Below are positions 12,501-24,999 of a DNA stretch of 64,000 nt, in pieces (the first letter of the stretch is position 1; each line of letters opens with the position of its first letter). The stretch covers positions 15,500,001-15,564,000 of the forward strand of contig CP075495.1 of assembly GCA_021613535.1 (NCBI GenBank), given 5' to 3'. A program made the translations under genes and the position numbers. Source of the DNA: Adineta vaga (taxonomy: Eukaryota > Animalia > Rotifera). A model generated the notes under the pieces. That model saw only the letters and a program-made list of their open reading frames with translations, was not told the DNA's origin and did no database searches.

Positions 12501-13482
12501 GACGAAGCATCTCAAATAACTGAACCAAATATTCTTATTTCATTAATACGAATAACTGAACAAATTGTTCTTGTTGGAGATCAAAAACAAGTTAGTTCTA
12601 TTTTCATCAAACTCTTTGAACTCAACCGAGATATTATAGAAAGAGAATGTTTTATTTTCTAGTTACCACCAATTATTAAAATGGCTGAAGCAAAACAATT
12701 ATTAGAACGATCATTTTTTCAACGTTTATTAGAAAATATTCAAATAAATTCTATAATGTTAGATACACAATATCGTATGCATCCATCATTGATTCAATTT
12801 CCATCGCGTATTTTTTATAATAATTTATTGAACAGTGGTGTCACCGCCGAACAACGACCAACACCAAAAGAAATTCAATTTATTAATAAAACAATTCCAT
12901 TAATGTTTGTCGATGTTGACCAAGGTTATGAAACAATTCAAGGATCAAATATTTATAATAAATATGAAGTTGATATGATTCATCAAACAATTCAAACATT
13001 ATTACCATCTCACCAACCAAAATTATCTCCGTAAGTTATCTTTTCTATATATTCTAATAGAAATGTTGTTTTTTTCAAGGATGGATATTGGTGTAATAAC
13101 TCCATATACAAGACAAGTGAAAGAAATTGCTGAAAAATTATCAAATAATAAAATTCCGAAAGGTGTAGAAGTTCGAACAGTTGACGGTTTTCAAGGACGT
13201 GAGAAAGAGATTATTCTTATATCATTAGTACGATCAAATAATGATAATGAAATTGGATTTTTAAGTAATCAACAACGAATGAATGTACTTTTAACACGAG
13301 CAAAACGTGCAATGATTGTTTTTGGAAATAAACAAACTTTAATTTCAAATTCTTTATGGAAACAATGGATTGAAAGTGTTCCTAATATTACATCAGCTGA
13401 ATTTACAAACAAGTGTTTATCAAATCAATTAGAATCTTCTTCAAATAATAAAAACCAATATAGAAATTTTTATCGAAAATGA
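6559..13482 (+). CDS. AAA_28-type P-loop kinase + cellular RNA-dependent RNA polymerase + Upf1-like SF1 helicase fusion (12 exons, ~2051 aa)
   Basis: Exons 6559-7724, 7775-7923, 7975-8403, 8456-8670, 8722-9097, 9146-9820, 9925-10324, 10453-11356, 11466-12245, 12300-12590, 12663-13030, 13080-13482. All introns are GT-AG and phase-consistent; total 6156 nt. Motifs: GASSVGKST, DRSGFD; FTDGCG, AFQIRYQGYKG, GVCDPYGIL, RPHPNEIAGSDLDGDKY; GPPGTGKT, DEASQ, GDQKQLPP, QYRMHP, TVDGFQGREK, MNVLLTRAK. An in-frame upstream ATG exists at 6487. Confidence 0.9.
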
Positions 13483-14479
13483 GAAATTTTTTTCTGTTTT
13501 ATAAATAATCTAATCGAGATATATAAATATTGCAGATAAATCAAATTTTAACGGCAATTAACGTTCATCAGTCACGTATAGTCCGAAGCATATGATTTTA
13601 TAGTTTTGTTTTATGAAAATATGAATTTGGGTGAGGGTTTTTCTGGTTATGGTGAAAATGAATCGGTTATTGTCATAAACGACTGCGATTATGAGGGTTT
13701 GTATTCTTATTTTCTCATTGAATTTCAATGGAAAAATTGTAAGATAATAACATATCAATTATTTTATTTTATTATCTTATTCATTCCTTTTCTATCGACT
13801 GCTTCGTTATCTGAATTTCGAAGGATTTTTCGATTTTATTTACCACGTAGAAATATAGTTGTTCCTGCAACGGTAAGAGCAAATTCTTTAATACATAATT
13901 GAATGAAAAGTATTTGAAATCAACTCATATTCTTTCTTTATATGCATGTCAACTTGTCTTTTTCTGTTGTGTTACAATTTATAAATAAATATAAGATATT
14001 GTTGGACTTAAGAATATAAATAGAATCAAACAAGAATCGATAGAGCTCATCGAGTTCTGCCTGGAACCAATGTGATTGGAGTTGGAACGCAGACACATTC
14101 GAGTTGACCCAGAAAAAATTTTAATCGAGCCGTAAGATATCCTACATGTTCAATAATTATTATATATTTTAAAGAATTCCATTCGACTTATCATTCTTTC
14201 AGAAAAGGGCCAGCGAATAGAGCCTCTATAATCGTAAGTGTGATGATAAACATCTCTTATTCTTTTCACTTTTTATTATATTTCATTAATTCTCTTTAAT
14301 TTTTTCTATTTTAAATAAATACTTCATTGTAAATATATGATTACTTTAACAGCAACTTTAAATTTCATTTGATTAAGACTTTATTTTTAATTAATGTATA
14401 ACGCGTTTCGAATTTAATTCATCATCAGATACAAGACAAATGTGAAAAAAAAAATTAATTACGTGACTGGACCGTTGGC

Positions 14480-14850
14480 ATTTGTGAAAGTTGTCTTTGT
14501 TTCCACTTTTCTAATGATCCATGATGCAAATTTTACTGATCGTGGTACAACAAGTTTTAAAACTGTTATACTAAGCCAAGTCACTAACTAATCCAATTAA
14601 TATAGTGATATAACGTAAAGCACACTGTTCTTTTTTAACATAAATATACGTACACTGTGATGTCTGACATTAATTATAGTACTTTTTGCAAGCAATGGAT
14701 GTATTTCATTGTTCAACCATTAATTGATTAGTAAGTTTTGCTCTATGGTTGAATTAACAAAGTATTGACTAGGTAATGATGAATCAAGAGCTGTTGCATT
14801 CATTGATCAATTATAAGTTATATACCATTGTATTCGACTTAACATGATTG
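14480..14850 (-). pseudogene. Degenerate C-terminal fragment of a large bdelloid-type transmembrane protein family
   Basis: The minus strand reads ...ALDSSLPSQYFVNSTIE...LMVEQ*N...YITILIGLVS...TVLKLVVPRSVKF with stops and frameshifts; recognised from memory of the family's C-terminus only. Confidence 0.4.
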
Positions 14851-16114
14851 ATTATCAAAACATTTGAGAGTTGATTGTAAAAGTGATTCAAGCAACATAG
14901 CACCCAAGATAAAACTTTGGTACATTAAAAAGTGTTCCCACTCCCCAAAGATGTAGAATGGATACTCTATAACATATATCACTAAAATAATCAGAATTAA
15001 ATAGATTCTTATTAACTATTTTTGTTTCGAATGCTTTTTGTAAATTAGTTTTTAGTCGCATGATGGTTTTTAAGAACAATAGGAGAAATAAAACGAAAAA
15101 CGATTTAGCTGAAGTAGAATTACAAACTAAAGAAATACTTATTTGACATCTACAGATTCTTATGTTTCTGTTTGTACTAAATCGAGTTTACTGAGGGATA
15201 TGTGATCGTCAGAGAAATCTAGTCTTTTTGCAAACAAAGTCACCAATTCAATAGTAATTACGTAATTACATACTTTCTGCTTTATTCTTTGTTTTATATT
15301 AATCGAGAAGTTAATATTCATTTGCTAATAATTATTCATAAAATAAATATAGAAATAACTTTTTCGAAATGATCATTTCTTTCAGTTTTTTATAATTATA
15401 TGAAATTCTTTTATGATTATTTGGTGATGGAAGAGAGACACACTTCTAGACTTATAGACATACACTCAGCCGAACGTTGAATATTATTGTGATTCTCATA
15501 GATAAGAGTATTGTAAGAATAAAGTATTTACTTGTTTATCGGATCGTATTTCATTGATTGATTGGAACAAAGAAACATCTTTCCTTCTATAAAAAAAAGT
15601 AACAATTTTTGGTAAGAGTTCATCGACGAGTGGTGAAATTGTGAAGCTCGAATATGAAGTCAGTTTTTGTAAACTGGGTAAATGAAAAGTTCAGTAACAG
15701 CGTAGAACATGGATTCCACCAGAAACAATTGAGCGAGTCTTTAGATGAGCATAACTTGCATACTAAAAATTATATAAAGGCTCTCTTACATCTAAAGAAA
15801 ACCTCCTGATTTCTCTTCTGCGATTTAGAAGAAAATTTTTCCTGATTTTTTTTTAAAAATCCCTGATTTCTTAAATTTTCATTTGGCAAGCCTGATTGTC
15901 TACAGAATTACAGCTTTGTTGAAGATTCTATGTCGTCCTATTTTAATTCTCACTAAAACGATGTATAGTTTTTAACAAATACTAGATGAACTAGATGTCT
16001 CCTTAGCTGAACGAAAATTATAGATGATTGGCATATCTAACGTTCCTTTATTTTATTGTTATACAGCAACAGTTCACTGTTCGATTCATTGGCACTTATT
16101 TGTTTGAATCGACC

Positions 16115-17807
16115 ATGAAACATATAGATGTTAATATAATAGACCTTCCAAACGAGATGATCTGCTATATTTGGAATAAACTGGATAGAATCGACGTACT
16201 GTATTCATTTCTAGGTCTTAACCAAAGATTCGATACATTGATGCGTAATATGGGTTATACTCACTCTATTGAATTGATACAACCGAGCGCCCATTACAAG
16301 ACTAGTTACTTGATTTACCCGATATTTGATCGGTTCTGTTCACATATATTACCCAAAATACATGATCTTGTTGAACGTTTAACTTTCGAATCAATTTCAA
16401 TGGAACGTATTCTCTCTATTGGCCATTATCCTCATTTACAAAAGTTGATCATCATTAATGTAGAGCCAGAATTTGTAATGCGATACTTTATCGGTATAAT
16501 CTTTGACGTGGTCAATTCACTTTGATGATTTCATAAATCTATTTAGATAAATCACGTTTTGCTCATATTTTCAAGTATCAGATTACACATTTAAAACTGT
16601 CAATTAATGATCCTGAGAGAACTCAATCAATGGTTGAACTAAGCACAACTGTATTTGCCCGTATATTTTCCGTGTTTACAAGTGTAATTGAATTGGATTT
16701 TGGTTCAACAAGTACTCGACGATACTCTGCACGATTGAACATCAGTAGTTTACCTCCAACAACTTGTTTTTCATCAACAATTATTGACTTACGTATCAGT
16801 GTAGATACGTTTGATGATTGTTTATGTTTACTTGATGGTCGTCTTGCTCGCTTACGCAGATTTGTGGTTCGAACTTCTAATATTTTCAACAATGAACCAA
16901 TATCTAACAATACGGTAAGACTATTTGTAATGAATGATGAAGTAATTTTCTTAGAAAAATCATCTTTTTGAAGATTCTAACGACTATGAAAAATTTCTCG
17001 CTTACTTCATATCAACACATTGAAACAAATTACTATGAGAGTCGAATTATACCACTTCTTCGCCGAATGATATATCTCGAAGAGTTAATATTACGTCTAA
17101 CTGTCAAAAAGCGATCAACAATTATTGATAGTACTCATTTAAACAATGAGATTCTTTCATATTTACCACAACTTCAAACGTTTACGTTTAATATTGTGAC
17201 TTATACTGAAGCTATAAGTGAATCATATTGGAGAAAGATTAATCAAATTCAACGTATGTTTTATAATGGCAAATCTCACGAACTCATTTGTTACATTGAC
17301 AAATTTCCACGTGGCAAAGCTCGATCTCATATCAATTCCATTCCATATACATTAAACGATCTTCACAATGTAAGCAGCAACTTTCCAGGAGGATTATTCA
17401 CTCGCATTCAGTATATATCATTAATGGAGATTTATGCTGCTTTTGAACATGATTTTTTCATCGAAATCGCTCGTTCGTTCCCATTTCTCACACATCTATT
17501 AGTTTTAAACAGAATACCGCAAAAGCATAAACAAAGGACTTCGTCTTTTGTCGAATTTTCTAATTTAACTAATCTTACGATTTCTACCACATGTATTGAT
17601 TACAGTGAACAATTTCTGGTCGACACAAATACACGTTTACCACGTCTGATAGAGTTGCATATCCAATATGAATGTTTAGAGATAGTTACGGAAAAATTCA
17701 CTCGTAATGCGACACGTCTTAACTGTAGTAAAATACAACGTTTGATTTTGCATAAACCAATGGTACATTGTGAGGACTTTTATACGTATTTTCCTTGCTG
17801 TAAATGA
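16115..17807 (+). CDS. F-box/LRR-like protein, 3 exons
   Basis: IIDLPNEMICYIWNKL..IDVLYSFLGLNQRFD F-box. Introns 16494-16546 and 16915-16973 keep the frame. Family motifs DCLCLLDGRL, AAFEHDFFIEIARSFPFL, FTRNATRLNCSKI, FYTYFP. Confidence 0.85.
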
Positions 17808-19450
17808 TATTTTATTATTAGAACATCACGTATTGTACTCTTGAACATAACTGAACCTTTTTAATCGTGTAAAAAGATCATTATACATAGACTCTTTATA
17901 AAATAATGCCACATAGAACGATTATCCTATATTTTATTTATATTGTCTCTGGAGTAGTTGTGTACTATTAAGCAAAACTAGTGTGATGATTGAATTCTAT
18001 GAAAGGATGAATATACATTCAAAGTGATATGAATACAATCTGTTGATTAAACACTATAGATGAAGAGAAATAAATAAATCGGTATAAAGAAGAGATCAAA
18101 CAGAATGCAGATTGATGTCTGTGATGGTATGGAACCATCGTAATATCAACCACACATTTTTCTGTTACATTCTTTACACGCAGAGTATGTCTGCGGCTTG
18201 AGTATCGCTCGTGCTATACGAGAAGAAAGGATTTTGTTCTTTGATAAGATATGACCATATTTAAATCTCGGTACTTTTTATTCCCATTCATTCACAAATA
18301 AACATTAAACCGGTACTGCGATAACTATGTCTAGCCAGGCACAAGTTGCTCAACAACAAAAACAAGAAGAAAAAGAAGACGAAAAAGAGGAAGCAAAAGA
18401 AGAGGTAGTTTGAATGATTTTTAGATTGTGATGGATCTTGAAAGTATAAAAATGGTTGCGTTTCTTAGCTCAAAGAACTGGAGAAAGAAAAAGTCATCCT
18501 TGAGAAGAATTTGGATGATGTACTGGAAATAGGTGAAACAACGGACAACGATGCAGAAGCTGCCGAGCAAAATGATATTGCCGATAATATCGAAGATGAT
18601 CTCGCAGAACTGGAGAAAGAGATTGCAGAGAAAAAAATTGAAGCTGATGTGGTAGAGCAAAACCAGGAAGAAACGGATTAAAAATAAAAAAGTAAAACTA
18701 ACAAAAGTTTTTCAAAGATTTTTAAGTACTTTATTTCGTTTGTTTTTCATGATGTGAATTATAAAAAAATATTTTTTTTTGTATTTCGGCAATGAATACT
18801 TGCAAAGATTCACACAAGAATAAATAATAAAAGAAGAAGGAAAAAGTTAAAAAAAAATGAAATAAAATTATATCGAAGCGTGTGGGTATATAAATCAGAA
18901 TCGGGTGACATATTTTGTTTTTTTCGATTAGAGATCAGATGGATCTTTTCTTACAATATTTCTACTAGTGATTACTTTAACTTTATGAGATACACTTATT
19001 AGTTTTTAAACTATTTGGTGAATGGTTACCTTTGTTTCAAATTTCATTATGTCATTTTATCCGGTTTATCTCTCAAGTTTCGCATCAATTATGCCCACAT
19101 ATATTTCTATGTACTGGTCACTTGCGTTATTTCTTGGAATAGTTTTTGCGTTTGTAATGGTAACAGTGATGATATAATGGAAAAATTCATTAATTCGCAA
19201 AGTCATCTTTTCTCTGATGGTAAATTGCTCATCTGAAATGGCCAGTGTCAATTGAAGCTAAGTCTTCTGTTAGAACTTGTATTATTTTTCGATGAATTCT
19301 TTTACACGCAAAGTCAGTAACGATACTGATTACTTCTTATTCGATTTCTATTTGTTTTTCTGCTGCTAATATGCTATTACTACTTGTAGACATTCGTGTA
19401 GTAATCATGAGTCTTTTCATTGATCTGACATCAATATGATTTATGTTAAT

Positions 19451-19844
19451 GAAACACTTCAAGGATCAAATATTTATAATAAATATGAAATTGATATGAT
19501 TTATCAAACAATTAAAAGATTATTACCATCTCATCAACCAAAATTATCTCCGTAACAGATTTTCTTTCTTCATTTTTATGAAATCTAGTTATGCTTATAT
19601 TTTTAGAAATGATATTGGTGTAATAACACCATATACAAAACAAGTGAAAGAAATCTCGGAAAAATTATCGAAGAATAAAATTTCAAAAGGTGTAGAAGTT
19701 CGAACAGTTGACGGTTTTCAAGGACGTGAAAAAGAGATCATTCTTATATCATTAGCACGATCAAATAATGATAATGAAATTGGATGTTTAATCAATCAAC
19801 AACAAATTCATTCAACAAAGAAAAGACAATATCGAAAAAACTAA
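19451..19844 (+). pseudogene. Partial duplicate of the last two exons of the RdRP-helicase gene
   Basis: High nucleotide similarity to ~12935-13280 including the intron position (aattatctcc|gtaa). It keeps GVITPY and TVDGFQGREK but lacks motif VI (MNVLLTRAK); some 3' UTR similarity follows. Confidence 0.9.
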
Positions 19845-19964
19845 TTTCAATTTTTCACTTATTATGTTTTATAAATAAACTTATTTTATACTCGATCTAA
19901 TCGATATATCTAAATAAAGATAATTATTATGTATTGAAAAGAAAGTTTAGAATTTATTCTGTAT

Positions 19965-20597
19965 TTAAATCGTATAATGATCATTATCAATACTGATAAC
20001 ATTTTTATCAGTCAATTCTTTAAAAATATAGCTGTAGATCAAATCCGGTATAGCCTTTTGATAATCATAAATAGCCTTTGCACCGCCAGCAACAAGTATT
20101 GAACCAGCAGTAATAGCTCCGACTACAGGTGTAGCAATTGAACCAACTAGAAAACCGGCACATGCAGCTCCAATACCACAAGTTATCAACTTTTGTTCGT
20201 CAATTGTTTTAATTTGTGTAGCTCGAACATTCAAAATATCATATTTTCCACCAACAAATTTACCAAATATAAGAATTGAATCACGTTTCATTGTATCGAC
20301 TGATGTTGTAGCTAAACATGTTGATTGACCTTCCGATAAATTTTCGACTTCTTTTAACATAAATTGTGTCTCTTTTTCATGTTCTGTTTGAATTAATTCT
20401 TGAAGTTCATTTAATTGAATACCACGTGTGACATCATATTTTAATTGAAAACCTTTACGCATTAAATCGAATAAATTCTTATTTTTCGACAATTCTTCCA
20501 TAACATGTTGATAATCTCGAGGATTAAGTATATTGAATTGTTTTTCATTGGAATCTTCTCTTAAATCATCTATTGTAGTCACTTGTGAATTGCTCAT
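19965..20597 (-). CDS. Hypothetical ~210-aa protein with C-terminal glycine-rich hydrophobic hairpin; paralogue of 21013-21627
   Basis: Intact intronless ORF sharing NLFxLxRxxFQLKxDxTxG, GKYDxL, CGxGxxCAG and GAKAxYDYxxxxPD with the adjacent gene. Confidence 0.85.
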   Translation of the reverse strand: MSNSQVTTIDDLREDSNEKQFNILNPRDYQHVMEELSKNKNLFDLMRKGFQLKYDVTRGIQLNELQELIQTEHEKETQFMLKEVENLSEGQSTCLATTSVDTMKRDSILIFGKFVGGKYDILNVRATQIKTIDEQKLITCGIGAACAGFLVGSIATPVVGAITAGSILVAGGAKAIYDYQKAIPDLIYSYIFKELTDKNVISIDNDHYTI

Positions 20598-21012
20598 CTT
20601 ATTTAATATAAATTCGAACAAAACATTTTTTTCATCTATTTATAATATCAAACTAAAAGAAGAGAAAAAAAAAGTATTTTATTTCAGTTATGAGAAATAT
20701 CCAACTATGAATTCTTTCTTCTTCTTTCCTATCACGGAAAAATCCAACTATCAACAATCTCACCATATTGACAAAATAAGAGAAAGAAAAAGAAATGATG
20801 TTTTGTAAAAGAGGCAAGTTAGTTTGTAATTTGAGTATGTTGTTTTTTTTTATATGGGAAACTTTTCTGCAGATATTTAGAAGTGTTGTGACACGTGTAG
20901 AATCTAAGTTGGAATTTTATTTTTAAAATTATCACTAAGGAATTATATCTATAAAAGCAAGAATTAAGTTGAGAAGAAAAAAATTAAATTTATCTCTAAT
21001 TTTACGTTTAAG

Positions 21013-21627
21013 ATGGCTTCATGTGGACAAAATCCAATCGTGAATTATTTAACTGCGAAACAAGCATGTGATTACATGGCTGAAGTAAAGAAAAATGAGA
21101 ATTTATTTACTCTTATTCGTGAATCTTTCCAATTAAAAATGGATATTACAAAAGGTGTAACAAAAGATGAAATGAATGAAGTAGTTAGTGCAGCAACTGA
21201 TCCAGATTTAAAAAATGCATTACAGAATATTAGACTTGTAGGTGATAGTAAAACTGTTTTAACACTTGATAACAGTAATAGAGCAAAATATCGAAAAGCT
21301 CTTGTTGTTTATGGTAGAAGAAGTGATGGAAAATATGATGTTTTAGTAGTTTATGCTACACAAGTCAAAGAACTTGCTGTTGATAAATTAGTCGCATGTG
21401 GTCTTGGTTCAATATGTGCTGGAATTGTTGCTGGTGTTGTTACAATGAATCCTGTTGTTGGTGTTAGTACAGTTGCTTTACTTTCAGCAGGAAGTGGTGC
21501 AAAAGCTGCTTATGATTATACTCAAGAAATGCCTGATGTACTTTGTGGTTATATATTAGAAGAATTAGTACAAAAAAGAGTTCTGCAGATACAACCAAAT
21601 CAAAGTGTTCAATTTGCTATTTCTTAA
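21013..21627 (+). CDS. Hypothetical 204-aa protein with C-terminal glycine-rich hydrophobic hairpin; paralogue of 19965-20597
   Basis: Intact intronless ORF, TATA-like ctataaaa at ~20949, aataaa after the stop, same motifs as the divergent neighbour. Confidence 0.85.
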   Translation: MASCGQNPIVNYLTAKQACDYMAEVKKNENLFTLIRESFQLKMDITKGVTKDEMNEVVSAATDPDLKNALQNIRLVGDSKTVLTLDNSNRAKYRKALVVYGRRSDGKYDVLVVYATQVKELAVDKLVACGLGSICAGIVAGVVTMNPVVGVSTVALLSAGSGAKAAYDYTQEMPDVLCGYILEELVQKRVLQIQPNQSVQFAIS

Positions 21628-22136
21628 ACTTTTCTTTTTCAACACATTACTTCAACTCGAAATAAACCATTTATACTAGAATTCTATAAGTTTGATTTTT
21701 GACATAGAGCTATAGATGTGGATGAAGTGAGTTATACTGGTTGATCAGAAGTCAGGCCAATATATGAATGGATAAGTGGTATTCTCATACTTACACTTTA
21801 TTTCTCACTCTCAACTTTCGAGAATGACAAATAGTTTTAAAGAAGTCATCAATTGATTCTATGAGTAAGTGAAGACAGTCTAGAATTGACATGTATCGTC
21901 AATATATTCATATATTTAATATATGTGATTAACATGTGTATTTGTTCAAAAAACACTACCGGACGAAATTTTAGATAATATATTTGACTTGTTCCCTAAG
22001 TTAAATATCAAAACAATAGACATGACTTTCATAAAAAAAATCTTATGTTGAATTTTATTATATTTATATCATAAATATAATCATTTACTGTTACATAGAT
22101 TAAACTCCTATTATCACTTCAGTGGATCAAAGGATA

Positions 22137-23684
22137 ATGACGGAACCTTGTAATCGTCATTGTTGTAAATGTGGTTTGACCTTTAAAGATGTTCTAAAAT
22201 TTATTTCGTCATTAGTTCTTCCTCTTATGCTTGGTGTATTCACCATTGTTATAACACTGCAACAACAGCGCGGTGCTGCTGAACAACGACTCCAAGATCT
22301 CAACATTTCTGCTCAACAACGAGCTGAAGATAAAGAAGAAGATCTCTTAGCCGAAAAACAGGAAGATACGTTAGAAAAACAATGAGTTCATGAACTTTCT
22401 GTCGAATCAGCTCGATACGAGAAAGAAAATGAAAAGTATTTAGATGGATTACTTGTGACTTATATGAATGAAATTGGTACATTATTTTTAAATAGCAACG
22501 GTAGTCTTACGTCAAATCATTCTGTTGTAATTCTGGTTCGTTTAAAAACACTTGTAATTGCACGACAAACTTGATCCATCGAGAAATGTTCAACTCATAC
22601 AATTTTTATACGAAGCTGGTCAATTGAACAATGGTCAAAATCCACTTGATCTTAGCGGAGCAAATTTTAATGGAATTGATTTAAGTAGTATTACACGACA
22701 TAAATCAATGCATCAAGTTTCGTTGTTTGGTGTTCATCTGAATAATGCGTCCTTTCGTGGACTTGACTTATCGAATGCCAATTTTAGTTATGCTCATTTG
22801 AGAGGCGTGTCTTTTATTGATATATTTTTGGAAAACGTCGATTTTTCTCATGCTATTCTCATGGAGAGTGACTTCGAAGAATCACTCATTTCATATACAT
22901 TATTTGATTATGCTAATATGGTAAATGTTAAGTTTTCTGGAGTTTCTATTGATAATAGTCAATTTCGAGCTACAACTATTCGAAATCTCGATGTTCAAAC
23001 TTCAACAGAATTTTACTATTGTAAATTTTTCGATATTCGTGACAGAATTCACACGGACTTTATTCAATTTCATTTCACAAACTCGTATTTCGAAAATGTA
23101 AACATACGTGATGGAATATTGACTGACACCCATATCAAACTTGTCGGTGCTATATTAGTTCAAAGAATCTTAAAAACATTAGTTTTGTAGAAGCCAATCC
23201 CGAAGAAATGATTCTTACTTCTACGAAACTGGAGGCGAGTTATTTTTCACATTATCGTTGTAATAAAGGTATATTCGTTAAAACAAGAATGAAACAAATT
23301 TTATTCAACAATACGAATCTACACTATGCTAATTTCTCTGGTTCTGAAAGCAATCCTAATGTGACTTATCGTACAATTAGCGGATTTGAAGCAGACTTTA
23401 GTCAGAGCATGATCATTGCGTGCAACTTTGCTTGGGCTGCTGCTGATCACACTAATTTCATTGATGTCGAAACGGAAGGCATTGAATTTTCTCATGCAAG
23501 TTTACACAATGCATATGTAACATCAGAACAACTGTCCATCGTAATGTTAATGAATAAAACATTTTGGCACGTTACACCACCCGAAACAATCGTGACGATG
23601 ATTCCTGAAAAGAATCATACTTGTTCATTTCGTGTCTCTCAATCTGTAATTATATCACAAATAATTGATGTTTCACGATATCGA
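22137..23684 (+). pseudogene. Membrane-anchored pentapeptide-repeat protein pseudogene
   Basis: TM segment SSLVLPLMLGVFTIVIT, a coiled region, QLIQFLYEAGQL, then LSGANFNGIDLS/LSNANFSYAHL repeats. Multiple stops and frameshifts; ends at a telomere-like repeat element at 23685. Confidence 0.8.
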
Positions 23685-23958
23685 CTTGAGGGTGTAGGTG
23701 TGGGTTTTGTATTAATTTTACACCCACGCCCTCACCCAGTACATGTGCTTCTCTTAAAATCAATTTTTTTCAGAAAAATCGATTTTCTGAAGGGGGTGCC
23801 CCTTAATTGTTTTTTGCGGAATAGATATCGTATCGTGCAAAGGCACTCGTATTCACTAGGATTACAGATAGTGTCAAATTCCAATCAATGAAAAGATTCA
23901 CTTTTTGCTTTCGCTGACTTTCAAGTAGCACAGCTTAAAATATCACCTGTGCTAACGA

Positions 23959-24540
23959 GAAAACCGTCCCAACTGTCCAACCGCTTTTGAGCTGATATTT
24001 TGGCGATATGTAGGGGCCAATACGCCTCTGGAGCCGAATTATATGGTTTTTACTGATTTTTTGACAGTTTTTGTGATGTAGAGCAAAAAGTGAAAGAGAC
24101 GAATTTAGAGCTGAAATTTCTCCCATAAGTAGGCCTAATCATCATTACAATATCATAAAATTTTCAGTGTAAAATAATGTATCCTCGTTGAGATATTGAA
24201 TTATTAATAGAAAGAAATATTTGTTTTTCAACACGGAACGCAGAATGACGATTTATTTGAAAATTCAATATCTCAACGAGGATACATTATTTTACACTGA
24301 AAATTTTATGATATTCTAATGATGATTAGGCCTACTTATGGGAGAAATTTCAGCTCTAAATTCGTCTCTTTCACTTTTTGCTCTACATCACAAAAACTGT
24401 CAAAAAATCAGTAAAAACCATATAATTCGGCTCCAGAGGCGTATCGGCCCAAATCCTTCTAGGATTATTCTAGCCTTATTGGCCCCTACATATCGCCAAA
24501 ATATCAGCTCAAAAGCGGTTGGACAGGTGGGACCGTTTCC
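23959..24540. mobile_element. Foldback/MITE-like element with ~240-bp near-perfect inverted arms
   Basis: ~23960-24202 is the reverse complement of ~24262-24540, with a ~59-nt spacer; the right arm carries an extra ~35 nt. The identical MGEISALNSS ORFs on opposite strands reflect this. Confidence 0.9.
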
Positions 24541-24613
24541 TTGTAAGTATATAAAAACCAGCACACACGATGGACTTGTAATAGTATTTCAACGATATAT
24601 ATGAGCGACACCA

Positions 24614-24702
24614 TCTTGAGGGTGTGGGTCTGGGTGAAATTTCACCCATGCAGTGTGGGTGTCTCTTCTCTATTCACACCCAGCACCCGAACCCACACCC
24701 TC
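24614..24702. repeat. Mini inverted-repeat element with telomere-like arms
   Basis: tcttgagggtgtgggtctgggtg ... cacccgaacccacaccctc. Confidence 0.75.
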
Positions 24703-24999
24703 TGTACTCAGAACATAAAAACAAAACGTACTTATATAACAGACCGATAAATAGTATATATTTTTTCACAGTTATATCTAATAAATGCATTATTTATTTT
24801 AGATAAAAACAACTATGCGCTACTCATATGCTGTTTATATGTGCACCTTCCTAGCAATAGTAAATAGTGCATCAGCAGCACAAATATTGAAATCACAAAA
24901 CTTTGGTTCAGTTCTACCGAGTCAAGTTCCTTTCAATATCGATTTTACAAACACTAAAAATGCAAAACTTCAATCAATAAGTGTTTATTATGATATATA
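24701..24999 (+). pseudogene. Near-identical truncated copy of the promoter and first ~61 codons of the jacalin-metallopeptidase gene
   Basis: Matches ~28937-29236. I saw only one synonymous difference in the coding part (aac/aat). It stops at gatatata|tcttgag. Confidence 0.95.

Noticed and set aside
6487-13482. Viral RdRP/helicase (endogenous virus) or several separate genes
   Set aside because: The polymerase has the cellular DLDGD signature, and eleven phase-consistent introns link all fragments into one frame.
13558-13902. Overlapping short ORFs downstream of the helicase gene
   Set aside because: Non-ATG starts and no recognisable motifs or splice support.
18330-18690. Acidic GAA/GAT-rich stretch resembling a coding region
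   Set aside because: No continuous frame or recognisable motif; probably a decayed TE or gene remnant.
23935-24604. Two ORFs with identical N-termini (MGEISALNSS...) on opposite strands
   Set aside because: Artefact of the long inverted repeat; no protein-like features.
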